Virus record (IMG/VR): IMGVR_UViG_3300025326_000023
Span: 1 to 64,000 of that record
Reading direction: 5' to 3' (one strand)
Length of the DNA stretch: 64,000 bases
DNA from: a virus
The notes below the pieces were generated by a model. It did no database searches, was not told where the DNA came from, and saw nothing but the letters and a program-made list of their open reading frames with translations. Every line of letters starts with the position of its first letter. Positions within the stretch are counted from its first letter, which is position 1. Position numbers and translations under genes: made by a program. Below, piece after piece: positions 28,022 to 37,449 of the stretch.

Positions 28022-30385
28022 CTAGAAGCTGCGGCGCAGATTGCGTTGCTTCTGAACCTTCTCGCGATCGGTCCCCCAGAGCCAATCCCAGGGAGTCCGC
28101 GTCACATCAGACACCCGCTGGCGAAATGCTGGGCTCACAATGGACGCTGCGGTTGCGATCGGAGTAGCCAGGGCGCCGCTCAAGATCGCATCGCCGACCG
28201 CCTGTCCCCGTCCGCTCCAGAGCATCATTTCGCGGACTTTATCCTCGGGGATTCCCGCCGCGATCGCTCGCTGGCGCATGTCGTCTGGGGTACCGCCGCT
28301 CTGGGCGACTTCCGCCATGATGCGGTCGTAGCGTTCCTGGTCCGCTTTGCCGCTGGAGGCAGTTCGTTGGCGCGCCGGCGTCGGCGCGCCGCCCGCTGCG
28401 GCGGCGCCCGCCAAGGCCGGAGGCAGGCCGATGCTTTGGCGCCACAGATCGCGATCTTGCAGCTCTAACTCCTCGCGCTCTACGGCCGGCAGCGTGGTGT
28501 CTTTGAGCCTCTCGGCGATCTGGGCCCGCTTCGTTTCCAGGCCCTTTTCCGTCTTGCTTTGCGTGGCATGTTCGCGCAGGATATCGGCCTGGTCTTGCTG
28601 CGGTTTCGCGGTGACTTTAGCCTGTTCGAGGCCGGCGGCGTTAAGGAGTCTGGCCTGCTCGATCGCGTTCGCCCAGCCGCCCTGGGCGATGTCCATCTTC
28701 GTTTTCCGTTCGAGCTGGTCGGAGGCGAACTGTTGTTGTTGGTCCAGGAGTTTCAGGGCGGCCGGGTTGCCCGTCATGATCTGCTGTTGCAGCCAGGCCT
28801 GCTGGTTCTGGGCGGCGCGGGCCTGCTCGGCTTCGAGTTGCTGGCGTTTCATCTGCTGGATGGCTGGGCCGCGCTGCAGGAATTCCTGATTGCGGCGAAG
28901 CTGGACGGCGTTGTAGCGGGCCGCCGCATCGGCTTTGGCGGCGGCCAGCGCGGGTGGATCGGCGTTACCGGGTAGCGCTGGGGGGACGATCTGGCCGGGT
29001 TCCACTCTCATCATGCCGCCGGGGGCCGCTTGGCCGACCATTTGCTGCGGTTGCGGTTGCTGGAAGCCGGGCGCGAGGGCCGGCGGGGGCTTTTGCGACC
29101 AGTAGCCGCGGGAGTCGATCACCACGCGGTCAGGTCTCTCCATCAATTCGATCCCATCCGGGCCTTGTTCAATGGGAAAGCCGACGTTCGTGAGATCCGG
29201 CCGGCGCAAGCTGGCCTGGGTGCCTTGCGCGATGTTGAGGGCTTCTTCCGGGCTCAGGCCGGCGGGTGCGGGGCGGGGGCCGCGGGCGGGTCCGCCGACG
29301 CCCATGATGGGCATTACGCTGGGGCCGGCGGCGCCGCGGTAGACGCCGCCCACGAAGCGGCTGCGCCAGGGGGAGACGGGGCCGATCTCGCCGCCCAGGT
29401 TGCGCCAATTCTGGACCAGGCGGTTCTCGCCCAGCAGCGGTTGGCCGCCGGGGGCGGACAATACCGGCTGTGCGGGCAGGCCGCGGGCCAGGGCCTGGTT
29501 GGTATCGACGGCCACCTGGGTGGCTGCTCGTTCCCGCCAGGACGGCAGCCCGGCGGCACCCGCACCGGCCGCGCGGGGCGGGAACGCGGGCAGGGCGGCA
29601 GGCGCGCCGCCTCCGACCAACGGGCCAGCTTGAGCCGGATTGCGGAAGTTCCAGCGGCCGGGCCGTTGCCGCTCAAGCGGGGCAGCTTGATCTGGATTCA
29701 CAAATTCCCAGTGTGGCATGAGAAAACTCCTTATAGCCCGCCAGGCCGAACGGCTCTGGGGCGGGCGCACCGCAAGCGGATATCCACCCGGTTCGATCCA
29801 CGGCATACGCGAACGCGACCAAAAACCTCGAGGTTGTGGCGGGGGATGGGGGCGTGGACCCTCTCCCGTGGAGACAGCGTCGGTGCCGGTCGGCCAAAAA
29901 GCGACTGGTTGCCGAGGCGTCCGGGACGGAGTCGCGCCCAATGCCTGCAGCGATTCAGTCAGACTCGGCAGTTGATTGTTGGCGGGAGGACGCCGAAGCC
30001 GGCCGATCTGATTGGTCCATTGTGGATTGTCGGCGAGGAGTTTGTCGATATCTGCTCCCTCGAAGACGCCATGCTGTGCGGCTTGTTGGCGGAGCCAATC
30101 CGCGCTGGGACGATAGTCGGGGTTTAGCGGGACGGGTGTATCTGCATCCAATACTCCGTGCCGCTTGGCCGCCTCGATCTCGGCCAAGTGGCCCGCCAGA
30201 GTCGCGCCCAGTTCGCGCGTTGCGACCAGACCAGTAAACGGTCCACCTTGCAGCGCGTGCGTGCCTTCATGAGCCAAGGTCGCGATATTGTAGGCTTTGC
30301 TCTGCGGCAGGATGACCTGCCGTTGCTCGGGAGCATACGAGGCCACCGGCCCCGATACAATCTCTGGGTACTGGCCAGCAAACAT
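28022..30385 (-). CDS. Large Pro/Gln/Ala-rich virion-like protein with N-terminal HExxH; true start may be 30578 via a frameshift
   Basis: 787-aa ORF; LAHEGTHA; Gln-rich coiled coil. Confidence 0.6.
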   Translation of the reverse strand: MFAGQYPEIVSGPVASYAPEQRQVILPQSKAYNIATLAHEGTHALQGGPFTGLVATRELGATLAGHLAEIEAAKRHGVLDADTPVPLNPDYRPSADWLRQQAAQHGVFEGADIDKLLADNPQWTNQIGRLRRPPANNQLPSLTESLQALGATPSRTPRQPVAFWPTGTDAVSTGEGPRPHPPPQPRGFWSRSRMPWIEPGGYPLAVRPPQSRSAWRAIRSFLMPHWEFVNPDQAAPLERQRPGRWNFRNPAQAGPLVGGGAPAALPAFPPRAAGAGAAGLPSWRERAATQVAVDTNQALARGLPAQPVLSAPGGQPLLGENRLVQNWRNLGGEIGPVSPWRSRFVGGVYRGAAGPSVMPIMGVGGPARGPRPAPAGLSPEEALNIAQGTQASLRRPDLTNVGFPIEQGPDGIELMERPDRVVIDSRGYWSQKPPPALAPGFQQPQPQQMVGQAAPGGMMRVEPGQIVPPALPGNADPPALAAAKADAAARYNAVQLRRNQEFLQRGPAIQQMKRQQLEAEQARAAQNQQAWLQQQIMTGNPAALKLLDQQQQFASDQLERKTKMDIAQGGWANAIEQARLLNAAGLEQAKVTAKPQQDQADILREHATQSKTEKGLETKRAQIAERLKDTTLPAVEREELELQDRDLWRQSIGLPPALAGAAAAGGAPTPARQRTASSGKADQERYDRIMAEVAQSGGTPDDMRQRAIAAGIPEDKVREMMLWSGRGQAVGDAILSGALATPIATAASIVSPAFRQRVSDVTRTPWDWLWGTDREKVQKQRNLRRSF

Positions 30386-30581
30386 GGATCGCAGAATGTC
30401 GGCTTTGTGGCGGGCCAGGTGGCAATCGGGAGCTGGCCTTGCGCATCATCTCACGCGGTCGAGCGTCAGGATCTAACTGTAGGTACAGCCAATCATTGGC
30501 GCGGTCGGGGTCGACCAGCCGATTGTGTAGCTGGACGAGAGAGGTATGCCGAGCGCCGTATGGGAATTGGCTTGGCACTCG

Positions 30582-31706
30582 CTACTCCTTCCAGACGATT
30601 GGGCCGATCACGCCGCGCTCGTCGATGCCGAGTTGGACGTCGGAGCCGAACAGTCGGCCGTCGGGCGCCTGCCAAACATCGCGGCCAGGGAATCCCGGCA
30701 GATCGCGGCCGATTTTTTTGAATGGAATGATACCACCGCCCGCCTTCGGTGCGATGGCTGGAGGCCGTTCAGGGCGGGGCGGTGAGGGTAAGGGCGCGGG
30801 TGCGAACCCCGTTGGGGCGACCGGATTTTGAAGGAATCCGAAGAACTGGGACGGCGGAACCGGCCGTGGGCCTTCGCCCGTGTAGGCTGCGGCAGGCTCC
30901 CATGTTGGCCGGGGCATGGGGGCGCTCAAAACGCCAACGCCAGGCATCGGCATCGTGGCGGGCTTCGCTTCGCCACCGGTCAGTTCGCTGAGCAGCACGG
31001 CCAGCCCGCCACCACCCAGGCCAGCGACGCTGGCGGCCCCGGCAGCCAAGGCCCGTCGTCCCCAGGGCGAGGCTGGGCGCAGGGCCGGCGGCGGCGCGGT
31101 TGGCGAGGCTGGGCGCATGCCCGGCGGCGCAAGCGGAGCGGTGTTCAGGGCCGGCTGGACGGCTGGTTGCGTCGCCGCGGCTGCGGCACGGCGGGCATTG
31201 GCCTGGGCCACTGCTTCGGCGCTGATTGCGGGAGGCGGAGGTGGCGTCGCCGCCGGGCCCGTCTCGAAATGGTACCGTTCGCTCGGCGTCAGTTCGTATC
31301 TGTATCGCGGGTATCCGGTTTCGGGGTTTATGGGCCATCCAGGTCTCGTCCATTCAAATTCCTTAGACAAAGGGGTTTGCGATCGCACCGTGGGCAGCGG
31401 CAGTCGCGCCGTGTTCCTGGGCGCAGCGCGGCCGGAGACTGTGGGTGATGGGGCCGGCTGCGCCCACCAGGGCATGGTCAATTTGACGGTGCGGTCGTTC
31501 GGATTGGGCCGAACCATGCCGGGCAGCATCTTCAGTGGATTCTGGACAGCGAGTCTTTTGCCAAGAGGAATATCGGGAAGGTCCTCATCGGGGACGCCGC
31601 CGGAGGCCAAGTCTCGCAGCGATTGCACTTCCGGGGTCTGAGCCAGCATGCGCAGCCAGAGGGCGGGGTTCTTGGAAAAGGACTGGAGGATGTCGCGAGT
31701 AGGCAT
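30582..31706 (-). CDS. Pro-rich protein with one hydrophobic segment (virion-like)
   Basis: 374 aa; GGAG RBS; promoter upstream. Confidence 0.55.
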   Translation of the reverse strand: MPTRDILQSFSKNPALWLRMLAQTPEVQSLRDLASGGVPDEDLPDIPLGKRLAVQNPLKMLPGMVRPNPNDRTVKLTMPWWAQPAPSPTVSGRAAPRNTARLPLPTVRSQTPLSKEFEWTRPGWPINPETGYPRYRYELTPSERYHFETGPAATPPPPPAISAEAVAQANARRAAAAATQPAVQPALNTAPLAPPGMRPASPTAPPPALRPASPWGRRALAAGAASVAGLGGGGLAVLLSELTGGEAKPATMPMPGVGVLSAPMPRPTWEPAAAYTGEGPRPVPPSQFFGFLQNPVAPTGFAPAPLPSPPRPERPPAIAPKAGGGIIPFKKIGRDLPGFPGRDVWQAPDGRLFGSDVQLGIDERGVIGPIVWKE

Positions 31707-31775
31707 GCTACGGCTCCAGGCGTGCGGAAGGAGTCAGGGGCGAGTGGCGTGGAGCCGCGGTGCAGTGGTCCCGAT

Positions 31776-31804
31776 AGTATACCGCTTCGGGGCGCCGATC
31801 GCAA
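31776..31804 (-). promoter_or_regulatory. Putative sigma-70 promoter
   Basis: TTGCGA-17 nt-TATACT on the minus strand upstream of 31706. Confidence 0.5.
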
Positions 31805-31980
31805 GGCGACGGGGGCGTTGGTGAGGGCCTCGGCGCGAAAAAAACCGCGGGTTGATAAGGCCCGCGGCAGGTCACACCAAGCGGTGCGCCGAGAGGTCGA
31901 AGATCACCCCAGCAGCTCATTCATTATCCAGCGCGGGCAGCCGCCGTCAAGGCGTCCAGGCTGCCGGGAGGTGGGCCGGT

Positions 31981-32301
31981 CTAGTGGCCGGCGGCGAAGG
32001 CCCGCATCTCTTCGCGCCGATCCCGGAAAGCGATGAGCAACTGCAGCAACTCGTCGGGCTCGTCGCAGAGAAACGGTACGATGCGTGCGATAGTTTCGTC
32101 ATCGGCATACAGGCCGCCGGCGTCCAGTTGATCCCAGGCGGAGGTGCCCTTGGCCAGCATCTTGCTGCCTGAATTAACGATCATGAAGCCCATCTCGGCC
32201 AGCTCGAATGTGGCGCCCAGGATCCACATCACCGAGGCGTCATAGCGCGTCAGGCTGACGCCGTTGATTACGATCGTTTCGTCCGATTCGGGTTTTGACA
32301 T
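31981..32301 (-). CDS. Hypothetical protein
   Basis: 106 aa; AAAGGAG RBS. Confidence 0.7.
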   Translation of the reverse strand: MSKPESDETIVINGVSLTRYDASVMWILGATFELAEMGFMIVNSGSKMLAKGTSAWDQLDAGGLYADDETIARIVPFLCDEPDELLQLLIAFRDRREEMRAFAAGH

Positions 32302-32330
32302 GGTGGCTCCTTTCCTTGTTGACTTGTAGC

Positions 32331-32439
32331 CGACGTCGGGAGACGTCGGGAGACGTCGGGAGACGTCGGGCGTTTTGGATAGCCTGCCGAATTCTCACGA
32401 ATTCGGCTACGGATTCGGCTACGGATTCGGCTACGGATT
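32331..32439. repeat. Two adjacent tandem arrays: 4 x 10 bp (AGACGTCGGG) and 3 x 12 bp (ATTCGGCTACGG)
   Basis: Seen directly at 32331-32370 and 32401-32439. Confidence 0.9.
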
Positions 32440-33507
32440 GGTCAGGCGGATGTCGTCCGTCCCGTACCATCGCAAAAACTGATAGTCGGCGTGCGGCAGC
32501 AGGTCAATCCAGGGCCGCACGGGCACGCCGACTTTCTGCTCGCTGCCTTGGGCGTGGGGCAATTCGATCCGGTCCCAGCGTCCGGCGTAGATGTCGTCCA
32601 GGCAGCGGAAGCGTTTGATGGCGCCTTCGCCGGCCAGGCGCTGGTCGTCGGGGGCGGAGCGGCGTTGGCCGCCGAGGCGGTCCTGGGCGCCGCAGAGGGC
32701 TTGCAGGCGGGCGCGGGTGAAGTCTTCGTTGCGGAAGGGGATGTGGTGCAGCCAGAGATGTTCGGTGGGTTCTACCAAGCAGCGGCCCCGTTTCAAGAGC
32801 GGCGTGTGGCAGCCGCGCATGAAGCAGCCGTCGACGACGCCGTTGCGGTAGCGGTAGCAAGGGTGCTTCCAGTGTCCGTGCTGGCAGAAGGTGGGCGTGC
32901 GGCGGAGCCAGACCAGGGGCTGGAACTCGGCCGGGTGCAGACCGCGCTCGTTGTGCCGCGTGGAGCCGGGCGACGGGTAGTGGTCGATCGACTGCATGGG
33001 GACGGTGTTGCAGGTCGGGTCCAGGTGTGCCAGGTAGTCGCGGAACCGCAGGCCGCGGGGGGCGTGCAGGAACTCGTCGGCGTCCAGGCAGACCACCCAG
33101 AGCACGGGATACCGCTCCGTGCTGACGATCCGCTGCAGGTGCTGGTTGAGCAGCTTGACGCGCAGCTCCTCCTGGTAGTAGTCCGTGTGGTAGGATTCCA
33201 GCAGTTCGGCGCCGGCGGCCCGCGCGGTGGCCACGGTGGTGTCGGGGCTGTCGTTATCGAGCAGGTAGACCCGGTTGCAGCCGTGGCGGAAGCAATTCTG
33301 GACGGCCGCCTGAATCACGTCCGACTCGAACCAACTGGAGATCACGGCGTAGAGATGGAAATCGTCGCAGCCCAGATTCAGCCAGAAGTCAGCGCAGGAG
33401 TAGACGGTGGGCTGGGTCCAGCCGCTGTCGCGAGTCAGCCAGGACTTCAGGTCGTCCAGGTCGTTGGGAACCGGGGGGGGATCATGAAATGGGGCGCGGT
33501 CGGTCAT
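32431..33507 (-). CDS. Glycosyltransferase (GT2-like, GT-A fold)
   Basis: YLLDNDSPDTT, WVVCLDADEFL, RGCH, LHHIPFR. Confidence 0.8.
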   Translation of the reverse strand: MTDRAPFHDPPPVPNDLDDLKSWLTRDSGWTQPTVYSCADFWLNLGCDDFHLYAVISSWFESDVIQAAVQNCFRHGCNRVYLLDNDSPDTTVATARAAGAELLESYHTDYYQEELRVKLLNQHLQRIVSTERYPVLWVVCLDADEFLHAPRGLRFRDYLAHLDPTCNTVPMQSIDHYPSPGSTRHNERGLHPAEFQPLVWLRRTPTFCQHGHWKHPCYRYRNGVVDGCFMRGCHTPLLKRGRCLVEPTEHLWLHHIPFRNEDFTRARLQALCGAQDRLGGQRRSAPDDQRLAGEGAIKRFRCLDDIYAGRWDRIELPHAQGSEQKVGVPVRPWIDLLPHADYQFLRWYGTDDIRLTNP

Positions 33508-33576
33508 GGGCAAATGCCTAAATCCCAATGACGAATGTCTAAGAAAACCAGAAGCACGAATGCCGAACCGTTCTTC

Positions 33577-34020
33577 TCATTGTTCGTTCCTCATTGTTCG
33601 TTTCTCATTGTTCATTGCCGGGCTTTCGTCACCTGGCAACGACTCGTCCTCGATCGTCAGTTCGACATGCTGGCCCTCCAGGTCCGCCAGGCGTTCCAGC
33701 AGATCGCAGCGGCCGATGGAGACGTGGTCCGAATCCACCGACGTGTATCCGCTGTAGCCCCAGCCCATCTCAGCCACGGCGGGGCCGCGGGCGATCTCCT
33801 CGCCGTTCAGCACGGCGCGGACGGAATCGGTCCATTTGTGTTCCATGATCTCGTCCACAAGATCATGATTGCCGATCTGGATCGCACCTTCGTTCGGGCC
33901 ATCACATCGGTACGGATCGCCGCCATGGACGACACCAGAGAATGAAATACGTGTCAAGATAGCACCTTTGTCGTCAACAGGGTAGTGTGGGCAAGCACCG
34001 TGGTAAACTGGGGAGACCAA
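33577..34020 (-). CDS. Hypothetical protein
   Basis: Acidic ORF ending in a heptamer tract; start uncertain. Confidence 0.5.
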   Translation of the reverse strand: MVSPVYHGACPHYPVDDKGAILTRISFSGVVHGGDPYRCDGPNEGAIQIGNHDLVDEIMEHKWTDSVRAVLNGEEIARGPAVAEMGWGYSGYTSVDSDHVSIGRCDLLERLADLEGQHVELTIEDESLPGDESPAMNNEKRTMRNEQ

Positions 34021-34062
34021 AGTAGCGCCGCGCTACTTTGCTTTCGCATTAGGGGGGTATCA

Positions 34063-34578
34063 TCAGTATTCGAATCGGATCTGAGCCGGTGGGTGGATGA
34101 ATGGTGGCTGCGTCCACCAAATGTGCCGGGGTGGCAGGGTCATCAACTGCTCCACGATCGCCCAAGGATAGATGTTGTTGAAGGTAAAGTAGGTTGCGTC
34201 TGGTAGGTGGACCGTATAGCACCAGCCAATGGGATGGGCCTCCATGAGTTGTTGGCGCGTGACCGGGCCGAAGAAGCCATGTCTCCAGGTGCGCTGGTCC
34301 AGGGTGCCGGGAGGACGCAGGGTGCCGGGTGTCAGACGCAAGGCGCCTTCCAGTTGTTTCAGGGGCAAGAAAGTTGGCTCGTCGGCATCCCAGAAATACA
34401 AGTCGCAGCAGGAGAAGTCCCGTGCCAGATGGAGGGTGAAGCGGACGCGCTCGGGCGCGCTGGGGGGCGGCGGGCCAGGCGTGGCAAGAGCCAAGGAGGT
34501 GACGCCGCCAGCGGTTATCGCGGCGCAGGCGCCGAAAAACTCTCGGCGGTCACAACGGAGCAGAGCGGTCATGTGCAT
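34063..34578 (-). CDS. Hypothetical protein with twin-arginine-like N-terminus
   Basis: DRREFFGACAA followed by a hydrophobic stretch. Confidence 0.55.
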   Translation of the reverse strand: MHMTALLRCDRREFFGACAAITAGGVTSLALATPGPPPPSAPERVRFTLHLARDFSCCDLYFWDADEPTFLPLKQLEGALRLTPGTLRPPGTLDQRTWRHGFFGPVTRQQLMEAHPIGWCYTVHLPDATYFTFNNIYPWAIVEQLMTLPPRHIWWTQPPFIHPPAQIRFEY

Positions 34579-34632
34579 GCCCCTTTCGATGAAATGACGA
34601 AATCCGAATGACGAATGCCGAAGATGGTTTCG

Positions 34633-34965
34633 TCATTCGGGTTTCTTTAGACATTCGGCCCTTGGCCCTTGGCCGTCGTAACTCCGGGCAAACAGACTGA
34701 CGCACAAGTCGCCGTCGGGAAGCAAGGTGAGTTGGAATCGCGGCGAACGGGTGAGGGATTGTTCCTGGGCGTCCAGCAATTGGTTGACGATCCAGACGAG
34801 CATCGCGCAGGAGAGTTCCGGCACGCTGTTTTGGGTGGTGGCTTTTATCAAACATGTTCGTCCTTGCGCCGGCTGGCACCAGGGGCTGATGCGCAGGGAT
34901 GCTGCGGCCTGCTGTCGGCCTTGCGGGTCATCCCTTATCAACATTTCTCGGGTGGTCTTCTCCAT
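34633..34965 (-). CDS. Hypothetical protein
   Basis: 110-aa ORF with GGAGG upstream. Confidence 0.5.
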   Translation of the reverse strand: MEKTTREMLIRDDPQGRQQAAASLRISPWCQPAQGRTCLIKATTQNSVPELSCAMLVWIVNQLLDAQEQSLTRSPRFQLTLLPDGDLCVSLFARSYDGQGPRAECLKKPE

Positions 34966-35016
34966 GTTCCCATGCCTCCAGGTTAGAACGGACGGGGTTA
35001 AATCTCGGGCGCGCGG

Positions 35017-35316
35017 TCATCCGCGGGGTCCTTTCTGAAATTGGTCCAGCAGCCGTTCCAGCGTAAGGCGCGCCGCCTGCAGCGAGTCGTCGCCCGGCTG
35101 GGCGCGGAAAAAATCCTGATTGTGATTGACCAAGTCGCGGATGCGCTGCATCTCCGCCTGGCTGCTTTCCAGATAATACAGCCATTCGATGGTTGTGTGG
35201 AGATCTGCGCCGTGCTGATATGGCGCGGCGTAAACTGCGCTGGCGAGAGCCGCCATGTATTCGATGGTGGCGTGGAGTTTTATGTCGGGTGTCGCGGATA
35301 TTGGAAAACGGATCAT
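35017..35316 (-). CDS. Hypothetical protein
   Basis: Helical ~99-aa ORF. Confidence 0.5.
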   Translation of the reverse strand: MIRFPISATPDIKLHATIEYMAALASAVYAAPYQHGADLHTTIEWLYYLESSQAEMQRIRDLVNHNQDFFRAQPGDDSLQAARLTLERLLDQFQKGPRG

Positions 35317-35332
35317 GGTGGATCGCCTACAA

Positions 35333-36070
35333 TCAAAACGGACGGGGTTGGATCTTGGGCATGATAGCCCAGGAGTACAGATCGGGTCCATTCCATCCGA
35401 TGGGGGGCGTTGGCATGGGTTCCATCGGATCGTCGGCGCGGAGCCGCCAGAAGTCGGGGCCCTGGGTGCTGATGTGCTGCGTGCCCGCTTCGCGGCAGTA
35501 CCAGTACCAGGGGCGGTCGTCCGGGGTGGAGCTGGCCGCCTGTCCGAAGCGCAGCCAGAACTTGATCGCCAGCCCCACGTCGTCGCCCAGGTCGCCGGCG
35601 TCGTAGCCGCCCAAGGCCCGCAGTTCGGGCAGCCGGTAGGCCCAGCAGCCGCCGTAGCCCCATTGCCAGGGGTGCAGGCCCACGCCCGCGTGCGCGAGGC
35701 AGGCTTTCAAGAGGCCCGGCCGCTGGGTCTCCAGGACGACCATGCACTGGGCCCAGGGATTGTGCTCCAGGGCCTCGGCCGCGCAGGCCATGGCCTGCGG
35801 CCACATCACGTCGTCGTCGTCCCAGCAGAGGATGGCCTCGGTGCCGGGGGACACCAGGTCGATCGCCGCGTTGCGTTTGGTGCCGAAGTCGGGGTAGCGG
35901 GTCGGGGTGGAGACCAGCCGCCAGCGGTCGCCGGACTGCGTGGGGTACTGGCCGGCGTCGTCCAAGATCACCAATTCCCGGTCGGGGTGGGTCTGCTGGA
36001 GGAAGCAGTGGATGGCGCGGCCCAGCAGGTGCGGGCGTTTGTAGGTGGGGCAGACGGCGGCGATTCGCAC
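35333..36070 (-). CDS. Glycosyltransferase family 2
   Basis: VCPTYKRP, ELVILDD, GTKRN, CWDDDD. Confidence 0.85.
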   Translation of the reverse strand: MRIAAVCPTYKRPHLLGRAIHCFLQQTHPDRELVILDDAGQYPTQSGDRWRLVSTPTRYPDFGTKRNAAIDLVSPGTEAILCWDDDDVMWPQAMACAAEALEHNPWAQCMVVLETQRPGLLKACLAHAGVGLHPWQWGYGGCWAYRLPELRALGGYDAGDLGDDVGLAIKFWLRFGQAASSTPDDRPWYWYCREAGTQHISTQGPDFWRLRADDPMEPMPTPPIGWNGPDLYSWAIMPKIQPRPF

Positions 36071-36150
36071 GGCTTGCAATTCCTAATGTCTAAACACCCA
36101 ATGTCTAAGAAATGACGAAAACCGAATGACGAAGCGCGCTTAGACATTCG

Positions 36151-36795
36151 TCATTCGTCATTCGGATTTTTGTATTCTCGGATCCATGGCACGTCGATCC
36201 ACTGGCCGTTTTCGAGCTGCTCCTGGAGGATCGGGAACATCGTGAAATCCTTAGTCCGAAGTGCGAACCGCAGCCGGCCGGCGGGGGGCCGCGCGGGTTC
36301 AGCGGGTTGCTCAGCTTCAGCGTTTGACGGCGGCGGGGGCGGGGGCGGGTCAGTAGGCGATTGAGCGCCGAGCCAAGCCAGGACCCGTTGGCGGACTTCG
36401 GCCAGGTCCAGCCCCAGGTTGACGAGGATCTTGGCGGCAACGGTTTCCCGCTCGCGCAGGATCCCCAACAGGAGATGTTCGGTGCCCACATAACTATGGT
36501 TCAGCAGGCGGGCTTCCTCGATCGCATACTCGATGACTTTCTTAGCCCGTGGCGTCTGGGGCAACTTGCCCATGGTCACCATTTCCGGCCCGTGCTGGAC
36601 CAGCCTCTCAACCTCCAGGCCGATCTTCCGCAAATCGACGTCGAGGTTCTTGAACACGCTGGCCGCCACGCCGCTGCCCTCTTTCACCAGCCCCAAGAGG
36701 ATGTGCTCGGTGCCGACGTATTCGTGATTGAATTTCAGAGCCTCCTGGTTGGCCAGTTGCATGACTTTGCGGGCGCGGTCGGTGAATCGCGGCAT
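36151..36795 (-). CDS. Stand-alone Clp N-terminal (Clp-R repeat) domain protein 1
   Basis: RFTDRARKVMQLANQEA..FNHEYVGTEHILLGL...TPRAKKVIE...VGTEHLLLG; no AAA+ domain. Confidence 0.9.
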   Translation of the reverse strand: MPRFTDRARKVMQLANQEALKFNHEYVGTEHILLGLVKEGSGVAASVFKNLDVDLRKIGLEVERLVQHGPEMVTMGKLPQTPRAKKVIEYAIEEARLLNHSYVGTEHLLLGILRERETVAAKILVNLGLDLAEVRQRVLAWLGAQSPTDPPPPPPPSNAEAEQPAEPARPPAGRLRFALRTKDFTMFPILQEQLENGQWIDVPWIREYKNPNDE

Positions 36796-36859
36796 GCGAG
36801 ACTCGCTATTCGACATTTGTCCTTCGTCCTTCCTTAGTCATTGGGCATTTAGGCATTCT

Positions 36860-37420
36860 TCATTTGGGACGCCCCACGGGGAACGGCCATAGTCGGCGCA
36901 TATTCCAGGCGACCTCCGCGGGCAGCGATTCGAGCGTGCCGGCGCCGGGCGCCGCGGTGCCGGCGGGGTGGATCGCGAGGATCTCGGCGCGGACCGCTTC
37001 GAGTTCCACGCCGCAGGAGCGGAGGATCCCGGCGGCGACGCTCTCGCGCTCGCGCAGCAACCCCAGTAGGAGATGGCCGGTGCCGACGCAGGGGTGGTGC
37101 AGGGCCTGGGCCTCCTCCATGGCAAACGCGACGGCGTGCCGGGCACGCCGCGTGGGCTGGGCGTTTTCCGGCATCGGCGCGTACTCAGGGGGCGGAAACA
37201 GTTTGCCCACGGCATGTCGGATGGCCTGCAGATCGGCGCCGAGGTTCCGCAACGCCGCCAGGGCGATACAGCGATCCTCTTGCAGTAGGGCCAGCAGCAG
37301 ATGGTCGGTGTGGATGTGCTCGTGGCGGTGCCGGCGGGCCGCGCACTGGGCCGACTCGATCACTCTGAGGCAGCGATCGGTGAAGCGGTCCAAGCCGGTT
37401 AGGCATTCGTCATTCGTCAT
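36860..37420 (-). CDS. Stand-alone Clp N-terminal domain protein 2 (diverged)
   Basis: RFTDR...HTDHLLLALL...VGTGHLLLGLL. Confidence 0.85.
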   Translation of the reverse strand: MTNDECLTGLDRFTDRCLRVIESAQCAARRHRHEHIHTDHLLLALLQEDRCIALAALRNLGADLQAIRHAVGKLFPPPEYAPMPENAQPTRRARHAVAFAMEEAQALHHPCVGTGHLLLGLLRERESVAAGILRSCGVELEAVRAEILAIHPAGTAAPGAGTLESLPAEVAWNMRRLWPFPVGRPK

Positions 37421-37449
37421 TCGTCATTCTTTCGTCATTGGATATTTCG

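Noticed and set aside
30582-30584. TAG read-through or an alternative genetic code joining 31706..30582 to the next in-frame ORF
   Set aside because: Many clear genes end in TAG (3505, 14744, 15236, 20210), and a good RBS plus GTG follows this stop.
32331-32439. Tandem repeats and heptamer tracts as further CRISPR arrays
   Set aside because: There are no unique spacers, and the units are only 7-12 bp.
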